The position numbers were made by a program, and so were the translations under genes. The notes under the pieces are model-generated. The model was not told where the DNA came from and made no database searches. It saw nothing but the letters and a program-made list of their open reading frames with translations. A stretch of 64,000 nt of DNA from the human T2T-CHM13v2.0 reference genome, Homo sapiens, in NCBI RefSeq assembly GCF_009914755.1, contig NC_060925.1, one strand, 5' to 3'. Shown here piece after piece: positions 1 to 15,924 of this stretch (its first letter is position 1; every line of letters starts with the position of its first letter).

Positions 1-5080
<5,080 letters not shown>

Positions 5081-5925
5081 TGGAAATCTTCTTTTAAGAA
5101 TTGTCTATTCGTGTCTTTAGCCCACTTTTTTTTCTCTCGCACTGATTTGAGTTCTTTGTAGATTTTAGATATTAGTCCTTTTTTGGATGTATAGATTGTG
5201 AAGATTTTCTCCTACTCTGTCAGTTGTCTGTTAACTCTGCTATTTCTTTTGCTGTGCAGAAGCTTTTTAGTTTACTTAAGTGCTATCTATTTATCTTTGT
5301 TTTTGTTCCATTTGCTTTTAGGTTCTTGGTCATGAAGTCTTTGCCTAAGCCAGTATCTAGAAGGGTTTTTCCAATGTTATCTTGTAGAATCTTTATGGCT
5401 TCAGGTCTTAGATTTAAGTCTTTGATCCATCTTGAGTTTCTTTTTGTATAAAGCGAGAGAGGAGGATCCAGTTTCATTCTACATGTGGCTTGCCAATTAT
5501 TCCAGCACTATTTGTTGAACAGGGTGTCCTTTCCCACTTTTTGTTTGCTTTGTCGAAGATCAATTGACTGTATTTAGCTTTAATTACGGTTTCTTTATTC
5601 TGTTCCATTGGTCAATGTCCCGATTTTTTATACCAGTATCATGCTGTTTTGGTGACTACTGCCTTATAGTATAGTTTGAAGTTGGGTAACAATGCCTCCA
5701 GATTTGTTCTTTTTGCTTAGTCTTGCTTTGGCTATGTGGGCTCTTTTTTGCTTCCATGTAAATTTTAGGATTGTTTTCTCTAGTTCTGGGAAGAGTGATG
5801 GTGGTATTTTGATGGGAATTGCATTGAACTTGTAGACTGCTTTTGGCAGTATGGTCATTTTCATAATATTAATTGTACCCATCCATGAGCATGGGATGTG
5901 TTTCCATTTGTTTGTGTCAATGTCA
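5081..5925 (-). mobile_element. Older LINE-1 ORF2 fragment (L1PB/L1MA-like)
   Basis: ORF fragments [25 protein letters not shown]... and ...[36 protein letters not shown] match the ORF2p C-terminal half. Confidence 0.88.
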
Positions 5926-6301
5926 TTATTTTTAAAATGCTGCCATTTGACCATCATAGAACTAGAATATGTGGACTATGAACCACGTGAAAGCTAAGGA
6001 GCCATTAGACAAGGCAGCCAGATAATGAGTTAAGTAATGACAGCATGGAAAATGAATAAAAGCCTTTCAAATCTCTGACAAAGTAATTGAAGAAAAGGAC
6101 TTTTCCCCTGTGTGAAGTTTGTGGTTGAGACATTGTTGCACTGCAACAGTAACTTTAATTTTTAATGTGCAAGAATATATTTAGAAATACAGTTTAAAAT
6201 GTTGTTTATGAAAAAGGAATGGTAACTAATTAATATATAATAACTCTGTACCTTGATGAGGTCCTTGTAGGTCCAACAGCTTCCTGTGTTAATAGATGTA
6301 G

Positions 6302-6660
6302 TGTATCATTCTGTTCTCGCACTGCTAGAAAGAACTACCTGAGACAGGGCAATTTATGAAGAAAAGAGGTTTAATTGACTCACAGTTCTGCAGGCTGTAC
6401 GGGAATCATGACTAGGAGGCCTCAGGAAACTTACAATCATGGCAGATGGCGAAGGGGAAGCAAGCTCCTCTTACCATGGTGGAGCAGGAGCCTGGGGAGG
6501 TGCCACACACTTTTAAACAACCAGATCTTGTGAGAACTCATTCACTATCATGAGAACAGCAAGGAAGCAATCTGCCCTCATGATCCAGTCACCTCCCACT
6601 AGGCCCCTCCTCCAATTCAACATGAGATTTGGGTGGGGACACAAATCCAACCTGTTATCA
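6302..6660 (+). mobile_element. MaLR solo LTR (MSTA-like)
   Basis: TGTAT...AATTTATGAAGAAAAGAGGTTTAATTGACTCACAGTTCTGCAGGCTG...CAACCAGATCTTGTGAGAACTCA...CATGAGATTTGGGTGGGGACACAAATCCAA...ATCA: MST/THE1 signature, ~360 bp, TG...CA ends. Confidence 0.88.
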
Positions 6661-8649
6661 CACAGTCTTTTCAGTAAACCCAGCAGTGATCAGACTCAGG
6701 AAGCACATTTATTATACTAACCACACCTACACATAGTTAGCTGATAAGACTGCTATCTGTTGGTTGAGGGGGGAGGAGACCCAGAGAAGGACCAGAATAT
6801 TGTCATTTAGGGTATGATGTTTAGGCTGTTAGGTGGACAGCAAAAATGGCAGAGGAAGGCAGGGTGGTACAATGAGTGATAGATGATGCAATGTGAATCG
6901 AAGGCCTAAAACCCACAAGAACAGGGGTGTTTTGCCACCTACAGTAAGAACACTCATGTCAATACGGCAGGACCACTTCCTTCTTGTGTATTTCTGAAAA
7001 CACATATGGGAACTCCTAATCTCTCATTCCCTCTTTTCTAAATGTTATAAGACAATTTGTAATACTGTGTTGACATTATGGATTTTGGTTTAGAGTTTAG
7101 GCATTTAAAAGACACTGGACCCTACGTCTGCGACAGAGCAATTAGCGAACACAGGTGATGAGTACTGAACAACTTGAGTAAATGATTCCTTGTGTCCATG
7201 TTACAATTTCCAAGCTCCAATTCATGCTGACCTAGTTTAGTTCTAGATGTGTATTCTCATGATGAGATCTGCAGATACAACATGCTCATAATAGATTCAG
7301 TTTCTAAAGTGTCCCTTAAACTGGTTTGTCTACAACTTTCATGTTGACTGTTTTTTTTTTTTTTTTTTAAACTCCAGATCTAACTGCACTTTATATATGG
7401 CTGGTGATCAGACAGTAACCCTTTTCTGAGTTTAGGGTCTACAATCCTTTCAGATTAGACCTCAAATGGACACATCCTGTACGTGGACAGCAGAGCTATG
7501 GAAAACAAGAGGGATGCATTTGTAACCCTCTGTTTACACTACAACCTAACTTCTTCAGCAGCTGAGTCCTTGTCAAGCCAAAAGGAGTGATAGTAGAAAA
7601 TTATATTCGTACAGCCAACATTTAATTGTTGACATACAGAAAATACTTTTTTTTCAGTTAATTTCTTAATTATAGGCGAGATCTATGTTCCCAGCGCAGA
7701 TACTTGATGGGTGTCTATTTAATAATGTGAATATTTAGTTTGCTTTCACGAAGGAGTGCAGGTCATAAGACATACTTACTACCAAACTAACTCTCTACAA
7801 TGATCCTGATTATTCTGCTTAACTGATCTCTGGGCACTGAATAATATTGACTGGAAAGGCACAAAAGAACATTCCTTGCTTTTCTGCTCTTTGTGAGTGG
7901 ACATGGCAAGGAAGAAAATCCTTTCACCTTTGCACAATCAAAGCTGCTTTGGTCTTTTGGATAATGTCAGACTAATCATTGAGTCAAGAGATTGGACCAA
8001 ATCTTTAACAATTCAGAGTAAAATGAATTCAGGGCTCCCCTGTTCTCTAGGGCCCCCAGGCTATTTTCCCCAAAATGTACAGGTATTGTGAGTAACTTAT
8101 TACTAGGTGTCTTGTCTCTTTCCTATCTAAACCTGCAGTTCACAGTGCAAGGTCGGCACAGAGTGTGAGACTGTACTCTTTATGCAGTGGATTTTAAATC
8201 ACTGGAACAAAAAAATGTAAAATGTGGAAATGTGAGAGCTGATCGTATTAATTGAAGCTATTGTTCCACAAATTTTAGGAGATTGTATCCAGTAGCAGAG
8301 AAATTGGTTCATGGTTAGTAGATTCTGACAAAATATTTTTTTTAATATTATTTACTTATTTCTGAAAATAACAAAAAGCTTGTTTAAAAAATTTTTATTT
8401 TTAAAAGTCTACCCAGTTAACTCGCTTGACTAGATCAGAGTGCTACTGAGAAAAAAGTTTTAGCTTTCTTCTCTTCACAAATATCTTTACTTAACGTCTT
8501 GCCCTTCAGTGCTAGATAACCAGCAGGCAAGTGAGACTCGCTAAAAACTGTGGGTGGTGGAATGGATCCTCCGCACTGAGAGGACAGAACAACACGTGCC
8601 ATTTTCTAATCACTGCAGCCTGTGAACCTCTCTAAATAGGCAAATGAGG

Positions 8650-9620
8650 CCAAGGGCGATGGAGGGTCAATGAGAGCTCGCGGGGTGACGCCATTCTGCT
8701 GGGGTTCTGGAGAGGCCAAAGCTGGAGACGGTCCCGTTTGTGGTCAGCACGGCCTTTTACTTTCTGGCCGTGACTGGCAACTGCACCAACGTCCTCCTCT
8801 CCCTCTCACTGCACACTCCCACTTCCTCAGCGACCGGGCCCTTCTCCACCTCCTGCCACAGCACTCGCAGCTTCTCCCAAGTGCTAGTTAACCGCGGGGG
8901 CTCAGGCAAATCCATGGCCCGCGTGGGTGTGCGGTGCGGCCCTCTGAGGCCTCTGGCTCCTGGTCTGGCCTGGCCGCGCCGGCTCCGGGAGCTGCCATTC
9001 CGCCCTGACGTCGCCGCGTACACGTACCTGGGGCGGTGCAGTCACCGCTGCCTCTGCCAGTTCGTGTGTGGGACGCCGGCCATCACCGCATTTCCGCGTG
9101 GACGCCGGCAGGGTGGAACGCCTGGCTTTCCCCGGCCACCCCAGCCGCCCTGGCGCCTCTCGCGCGACTTGGCCTCGGCTCCTCGGGGGCAGTGCACTGC
9201 TGCGCATGCGGTCTCAGCGCCCGGCCTTCCCGCGCGGCTGCCGCCCTTTCCACGGTGACGCCGTCTGCACTAGCGCCGCACCCGCTTCAACTGCCTGCAA
9301 CCGCCGCTGAATTCCCTCATCCCCACGCTGAGAGGACGAGAAAGGCGCCCTGGGGAAGGCTCTCGGGAAAGCCCGCAGCCGCTGGACGCGGGAGGACATG
9401 GAGGTAGGCGGGAACACTCACCCCGCGATTTCGTGTGGTCCGCGAAGCTTTTTCTCTTCAGGACAACACTGCACAATGGCATCCATTAATAATACGATGG
9501 GGAACGGGGGCCGCGGCGCTCGCCTGCAGTCCCAGCGCTTTGGCAGGCCAAGGCGGGCAGATCGCTTGAGCTCAACAGTTCCAGACCAGCCTGGGCAATA
9601 CAGCGAGAACCCATCGCTAC
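8650..9620. promoter_or_regulatory. CpG island 1; candidate alternative GCSAML promoter/first exon with NRF1-like TGCGCATGCG (9201-9210), GC box GGGGCGG (9030-9036), CRE-like TGACGTCG (9006-9013) and splice donor GAG|GTAGGC (9403/9404)
   Basis: Very high GC content and dense CpGs against an AT-rich background. Motifs were read directly from the sequence; promoter function is inferred. Confidence 0.75.
8659..9370 (+). pseudogene. Highly degenerate OR2-family olfactory receptor pseudogene (multiple frameshifts, ~230 bp shorter than a full OR CDS), coincident with a CpG island
   Basis: Frame-hopping manual translation gives colinear OR motifs: ME/VNESSRGDAILLGF; ERPKLETVPFVVSTAFYFLAVTGNCTNVLLS..LHTP (8809-8820); FLSDRALLHL; CHSTRSFSQVLVNRGGSGKSM; CSHRCLCQFVCGTPAI (9037-9084); SALLRMRS; PFHGDAV; PPLNSLIPTLR (9301-9333); KGALGKALGK (9341-9370). 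These parallel OR2C3 in this window (NVSS..LLGFSARPSLETVLF..GN..LHTP..FLANLSFLDM..PQLLANLWGPQKT..CGNNCIDHFFCEMP..AVLKIRS..LFYG..PALNPLIYTLR..KSALR). Confidence 0.8.
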
Positions 9621-9798
9621 CAGAAATGTAAAAAATTAGCCGGGCTAGTGGCGCCTGCCTTTAGTCCTAGTTACTTGGGAGGCTGAAGCGGGAGGATCGC
9701 TTGAGACCAGGAGTTTGAGGCTTCAGTGAGCTCTAATCACACCACTGCACTCCAGCCTGGGCAACTGAGCAAAACCCTATCTCTAAAAAAAGAAAAAA
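9507..9798 (+). mobile_element. Old Alu (AluJ-like) with unusually many retained CpGs
   Basis: GGCCGCGGCGCTCGCCTGCAGTCCCAGCGCTTTGG...GGAGGATCGCTTGAG...A-tail. Confidence 0.85.
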
Positions 9799-9892
9799 GC
9801 GCCGAGATTGTGCCACTGCACTCCAGCCTGGACGACAGAGCAAGACTCAGTCTCAAAACAAAAACAAAAACAAACAAACAAACAAACAAAAA
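9799..9892 (+). mobile_element. 5'-truncated Alu right-arm fragment with (AAAC)n tail
   Basis: GCCGAGATTGTGCCACTGCACTCCAGCCTGGACGACAGAGCAAGACTC followed by A/C-rich tail, inserted in the tail of the preceding Alu. Confidence 0.85.
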
Positions 9893-10961
9893 GCGGCAGG
9901 GATGTGAATGTGAATGGAGCAAGGCGTTCTCTCTTTCAGGGGTCTCAGACTTTGTATCTTTGCTTGCAGGTGGACTGACTGCCCCATGTCCTTCAAAGTT
10001 AATTGCAAAAGAGTTCATTGCAAGAGATGATGTGCTGGTGGAAAGATAGATGCTGCTACTTCTTTCCTTAGTGGGGTTTTACAGGCAGATAATGACTGCT
10101 TTGCAGCTCATTTGTGACTCTGATTCCACTGAGCGGTAATGTCATTAGATCAGATACAAGAGTAAGGAGACAGCATGGCAGAAACGCACGTGTGTGTCTG
10201 TGGTGAGTGTTTTCTGGGGTACACTTGTTCCCACAGGCCTTTTTGTTCTGAATTTTCCAGACCCCTGTGCAGATGACACTGTTACTTCCTCAGGCTGTTA
10301 CCTGCCCCCTCAGGCCCTAAGCAGGTAACATGTATCTGCCTAAGAGCAGTGTTTCCTTTACATTTCAGGTTATATGTCACTTACAACATCAATTTAAGTG
10401 CGGCAAACATTCCTTATTCTAGGTTAGCATAAAATGGATTAGAAAATTTCACAGAGGACTATGCATGGTAGTGAGTCAGTTGTGTATATGTGTGTGTGAA
10501 ATGTGTTTCTTACACCGATATAAAAGTTTGAAAGTCACTGCTTTAGAGAGTTTCTGTTGGAACAAGCTTCCAAGCAACCCATATGTCTGTACTAGAGGAA
10601 AATCTAGGAATATCACTGTAAGGAAACATAGGGTCGTGTATGGGAAGATATGGACTCAAAGAGTTTGTAGAGCAAGGAAATCACAGCTGCTTAGCATGGG
10701 AGAGTTTGCCAGGATAAATGATGATGATATGTTGACAGTGATTATGTTAATCATGCTAATTATGATAAAAATGAAACTTTTTTCAACTCATGCATTTTCA
10801 CCTTTTGACATTTCTGAAGTAGGAATATTTTAAGATTTAGTGGCAAGTCATAGTTTTTACTTCATATTTTCCTTTAAAATTTACACTAAAAAAAGGTGCG
10901 CTTCTCTGATTACTGTAAAAATAAATGAAATTACATCTATTTCCATGAACTACTTAGTTCC

Positions 10962-11382
10962 TGTAATGGCTAGTTTTGTGTCAACGTGACTAGGCTGTAG
11001 TACCCAGATATTTGGTTAAACACCAGTCTGAGTGTTGCTGTGAAAGTATTTTTTTCAGATGACATTAACATTTAGATTGGTAGACTTTGAGTAAAGTAGA
11101 TTACCCTCCATGATGTGGATGGGCCTGATCCAATTCAGTTGAAGGCCTTAAGAGAAAACAGACTCAGGTCCTACAAGGAAGGAGGAGTTCTTACATCTGC
11201 TTTCAAGCTACAGCTGTAACATCAACTTTTCTCAGAGTCTCCAGCCTACCCTGAAGAGTTCTGATTTGCCAACCCCCATATTGAGTTAGCCAGTTTCTTC
11301 AGATAAGTACCCCCACCTCTTCACACACACACACACACACACATCTTCTGTTGATTCTGTTTCTCTGGAGACCCCTAATACA
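10962..11382 (+). mobile_element. ERVL solo LTR (MLT2-type)
   Basis: TGTAATGGCTAGTTTTGTGTCAAC...GACTTTGAGTAAAGTAGATTACCCTCCATGATGTGGATGGGCC...TCTGTTTCTCTGGAGACCCCTAATACA, with internal (CA)n. Confidence 0.82.
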
Positions 11383-12099
11383 GTTGTACTACAAACTTCC
11401 CAGAAGTTATATAAAATAAAGCACATCTTGATCAAATTTGGATACGTTTTTGCCTTTTTTTTACAGCCTCAAACTCTTTAGGTTAATGCGTAGTTTTCAA
11501 ATTTCTTTTCTCATGTTCAAATAGCTGTTTCTTCAAGCAGGACAGTCTTTCCTTATATTTTCAGTTCAGATTTCCTCATTGGATTATTAGAGGTTAAAAA
11601 AATTATAGACATTGCAAAAAGGGAAAAGGGGAAACCAACTTACGTCTATACTACTTTATCTTCTGATTTCCGAAAGGGAAAAGAAGTTTGTTGCAATCTT
11701 CTGTGTTTCTTATTAAGCCTCTGAATTTTTTCACTGCTCTGTCTTATAGTTTTAGTATGCTTAGCCTGGTGTGTACTAGACATTGCCTCTGGCACTACAC
11801 CACATGCATTTAGTGTGGGCCTATATAAACTTAGTCAAGCAACTGTGTTAGAAAAAAATTTTATTCTGTGGTGAAATAAATCTTAGAATTTGAATTTACA
11901 TTCTTGCATTTTTTTTTTTTTTTGCAAGGAGAAAATCCTATAGGCATCTTTCTAACCATCCACCCAACTAGGAATTGGGAATCCAAAAAAATTGAGAATC
12001 CACTCAATTTTTATATACCTGCAGTATTAATTATAACAGGATTGATGAGACTGTTACAAGGTTGTAAGCATTTTCAACAGTTTATGAAAAACATAACGT

Positions 12100-13719
12100 C
12101 TCCCTCTCCCTCTCCAGTCTCCCTCTCCACGGTCTCCCTCTCCCTCTCCACGGTCTCCCTCTCCCTCTCCCTCTCCACGGTCTCCCTCTCCCTCTCTTTC
12201 CATGGTCTCCCTCTGATGCCGAGCGGAAGCTGGACTGTACTGCCGCCATCTTGGCTCACTGCAACCTCCCTGCCTGATTCTACTGCCTTAGCCTGCCCAG
12301 TGCCTGGGATTGCAGGGGGCGCCACGACGCCTGACTGGTTTTCGTATTTTTTTGGTGGAGACGGGGTTTCGCTGTGTTGGCTGGGCTGGACTCCAGCTCC
12401 TAACCGCGAGTGATCTGCCAGCCTCGGCCTCCTGAGGTGCTGGGATTGCAGACGGAGTCTCGTTCACTCAGTGCTCAATGTTGCCCAGGCTGGAGCGCAG
12501 TGGCATGATCTCAGCTCGCTACAACCTCCACCTCCCAGCCGCCTGCCTTGGCCTCCCAAAGTGCCGAGATTGCAGCCTCTGCCTGGCCACCACCCCGTCT
12601 GGGAAGTGAGGAGCGTCTCTGCCTGGCTGCCCATCGTCTGGGATGTGAGGAGCCCCTCTGCCCGGCTGCCCAGTCTGGGAAGTGAGGAGCGCCTCTTCCT
12701 GGCCGCCATCCCGTCTAGGAAGTGAGGAGCGTCTCTGCCCGGCTGCCCATCGTCTGAGATGTGGGGAGCGCCTCTGCCCCGCTGCCCCGTCTGGGATGTG
12801 AGGAGCGCCTCTGCCCAGCCGCAACCCCGTCTGGAAGGTGAGCAGCGTCTCTGCCCGACCGCCCCATCTGAGAAGTGAGGAGCCCCTCCGCCTGGCAGCC
12901 GCCCCGTCTGAGAAGTGAGGAGCCCCTCCGCCTGGCAGCCGCCCCATCTGGAAAGTGAGGAGTGTCTCCGCCCGGCAGCCGCCCTGTCTGGGAGGTGGGG
13001 GGCAGCCCCCACCCGGCCAGCCGCCCCGTCCGGGAGGGAGGTGGGGGGCAGCCCCCGCCCGGCCAGCCGCCCCGTCCGGGAGGGAGGTGGGGGGCGCCTC
13101 CGCCCGGCCGCCGCCCCGTCTGGGAGGTGGGGGACGCCTCTGCCCGGCCGCCCCTTCTGGGAGGTGAGGAGCCCCTCTGCCCGGCCGCCACCCCGTCTGG
13201 GAGGTGTACCCCACAGCTCATTGAGAATGGGCCATGATGACGATGGCGGTTTTGTTGAATAGAAAAGGGGGAAATGGGAAAAGATAGAGAAATCAGACTG
13301 TGGCTGTGTCTGTGTAGAAGGAGGTAGACATAGGAGACTCCATTTTGTTCTGTACTAAGAAAAATTATTCTGCCTTGGGATGCTGTTATCTATGACCTTA
13401 CCCCCAACCCCATGCTCTCTGAAACATGTGCTGTGTCCACTCAGGGTTAAATGGATTAAGGGCGGTGCAAGATGTGCTTTGTTAAACAGATGCTTGAAGG
13501 CAGCATGCTCATTAAGAGTCATCACCACTCCCTAATCTCAAGTACCCAGGGACACAAACACTGCGGAAGGCCGCAGGGCCCTCTGCCTAGGAAAACCAGA
13601 GACCCTTGTTCACTTGTTTATCTGCTGACCTTCCCTCCACTATTGTCCTATGACCCTGCCAAATCCCCCTCTGTGAGAAACACCCAAGAATGATCAATAA
13701 ATACTAAAAAAAAAAAAAA
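12100..13719 (+). mobile_element. Full-length SVA retrotransposon (SVA_B/C-like)
   Basis: (CCCTCT)n hexamer head, antisense Alu-like domain, GC-rich ~37-50 bp VNTR (~12570-13205), SINE-R, AATAAA at 13696-13701 and poly(A). TSD AAAAACATAACGT (12087-12099) / AAAACCATAACGT (13720-13732), one mismatch. Confidence 0.97.
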
Positions 13720-14781
13720 AAAACCATAACGTATAACTTTTAATGAGAAATTTTTCTGAGTGCTCTAACAAATACTGCTTCACATTGCTAACACTCAGTC
13801 TAGTTTTAGAAAATATATATGAAATCCTCTATTGTATCAAAAATGTTTATCATTTTTAGTAAATAAATGAACCTCCATCTACTGTTTGTCAGTAGCTCTT
13901 GCTCTGCAGTTTGGGGTTGGCAACCTCCTACAGAACAGACGCCCCTTCAACCTATATACACTTTATCTCCTTTGAACCACTGTAGTTTTGGTCTCTGTTA
14001 CAGCAGTGTAATGATCAAGTAATAATCAAGACCTATATGAAGAAAACTGGAAATCTTTCCTGAAGGAATAAAAGATCTACATGCATATATAGACAGGAAT
14101 AATTCCTAACATTCATTGAGGTTTTACTGTGCTAGTCATTATATTGAGTACCAATTTCTCATTACTTAATTCTCTGCAGAAACCTTTCAAGACTGGTGTT
14201 TTTGCCACCCTTTACAGATAAAGACAACAGGGTTCAGAGAGGTGGGTTTATTGACCAAGGATTCATAGTCAAGTGAGGCATCAGGACCCATAGCAAGTAC
14301 TTAATGACATGATCCCACCCCCGTGCTTCAGTTCCTTTGTTCATTATCCACATGGAAGTCTTGGTCCTGCAAACATGGTAAATTTTCCAGACATTAATTT
14401 AAAAATGTAGTTCAATACTAACCACAGTCAATAAGATACTGTTTTGGGTTAGGAGGAAACTAGCTGTGACTTTAACTTGGTAGAGCAGAACATAGTGACA
14501 ACCATGAAAAGTCTAAATTAGAAAAATAGATAATGATTGATGCCTTGTTCTACTAGATGACAAAATATACTATACATCAACAGCTATTAAAAGTGTTACA
14601 AATGTGAATGAAATAAAATAAATGAATAAATATTAATAGAATTGATATTCCTGAAATAAATTTGCACATATATGAAATTTTGAATATGGTAAAGGTATAA
14701 TTTGAAGCAAATAATGAAAATACAGCTAGCGAAATAAATTGTTTTGGGACAATTGACTGAACATTTGGAAAACAACATCTG

Positions 14782-14786
<5 letters not shown>

Positions 14787-14826
<40 letters not shown>
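14787..14826. repeat. (CA)n microsatellite
   Basis: About 20 uninterrupted CA units. Confidence 0.95.
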
Positions 14827-14829
<3 letters not shown>

Positions 14830-15039
14830 CAGATGCAGTGAATTGAAAACCTAAACATAAAATAGAAAACCATAAAACGAGAAGATAAATACAATCTGGA
14901 AGATCGCAGGCCATTTCTAAGCATAACTCCAAGCATGAAGGCTTATCATGCCCTTTACTTCTTCCAAATAGTCTGAAAATATGAAATTCCATACATCTAG
15001 GGTCTCTAAGACATTTATTACCTGGGCCTGAGGGATCTC

Positions 15040-15440
15040 TCAGACCTCACTTCCCACCACTCTTTCCCTTACTCTCTTTCAGCCACACCAGCCTTTCTAC
15101 ACATGTAGCCCTTCCTCTTCCAAAGCCTTGATACTGGCTACTCCCTCCCCTTGGGATGCCCTCCATACCCATGCTGTGTGACTTCCTCCTTTGTTTCAGG
15201 GGAGAGCGCAAGTGGCAGTCCCTAGACCTCATGTCACCTTCTCCAGGCTCACCCTGCATGGCAGTTGATCGTATCTCTTAACCGACATTCTCATTTGCTT
15301 GCTTTGTTGGTGAATATTCTCTCTTCCCGAACTTTTGCATCCTATGAAAGCAGGGATATCAGTTATTTATTCCTGCATCTTCAGCCTCCAATACAGGCTG
15401 CATACATAAACCATGTTTAAATAATAATTCATTTCTTTGA
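15040..15440. mobile_element. L2-like relic
   Basis: CTTCAGCCACACCAGCCTTTC...CCCTTGGGATGCCCTCC...TGAAAGCAGGGA...TTGAATGAAATAATGAA resembles an L2 3' region. Confidence 0.55.
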
Positions 15441-15924
15441 ATGAAATAATGAACAGTCCCACAACTAGAAGGCATAAAGGCATGATTGATAGTTTATTTA
15501 ATACATATAACATTTAAAACTTTTGTACCACAAAGGAAACAAACAAAACATAGCAAAAGGATAAAACGTCCCACTAGAAAAACGATTCAACACTTATATG
15601 ATGACAAAGATGTGTAGAATCATGTCAACTACCGCTACAAATCAGTAAGCAAAAAGGTAAAACAATGAAAATTTAAGAAAAAAACAATTTATTGAAGAAA
15701 CACAAATAGCCCCAAAACATACCAGAAGATGTTAAACCTCACTAATGATTAAATCAATGCCAAATAAAATGATACTGAGGTAAGATTTGCAAGTAAAACT
15801 AAAGTTACTAACAAAATCAAATGTTAGTGAAACTGTGAGAATATATGCCTTTGTACACATTATTGGCAAAAGTACGAATTTGGTGTCTGAAGGGAAATTT
15901 AAATATGTCCACATAATGTCAACA

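Noticed and set aside
8740-9407. 172-, 123- and 80-aa plus-strand ORFs in island 1 as functional proteins
   Set aside because: They have non-ATG starts, and each contains only patches of OR similarity in alternating frames, i.e. pseudogene debris rather than a coding gene.
8650-9620. Island 1 as a processed retrocopy of a housekeeping gene
   Set aside because: No poly(A)/TSD attributable to it and no recognisable housekeeping protein; OR motifs explain the sequence end to end.
11904-13262. Long ORFs (169-231 aa) and CRISPR-like periodic repeats
   Set aside because: These are the SVA hexamer, Alu-like and VNTR domains: tandem units without unique spacers, no cas genes, eukaryotic context.
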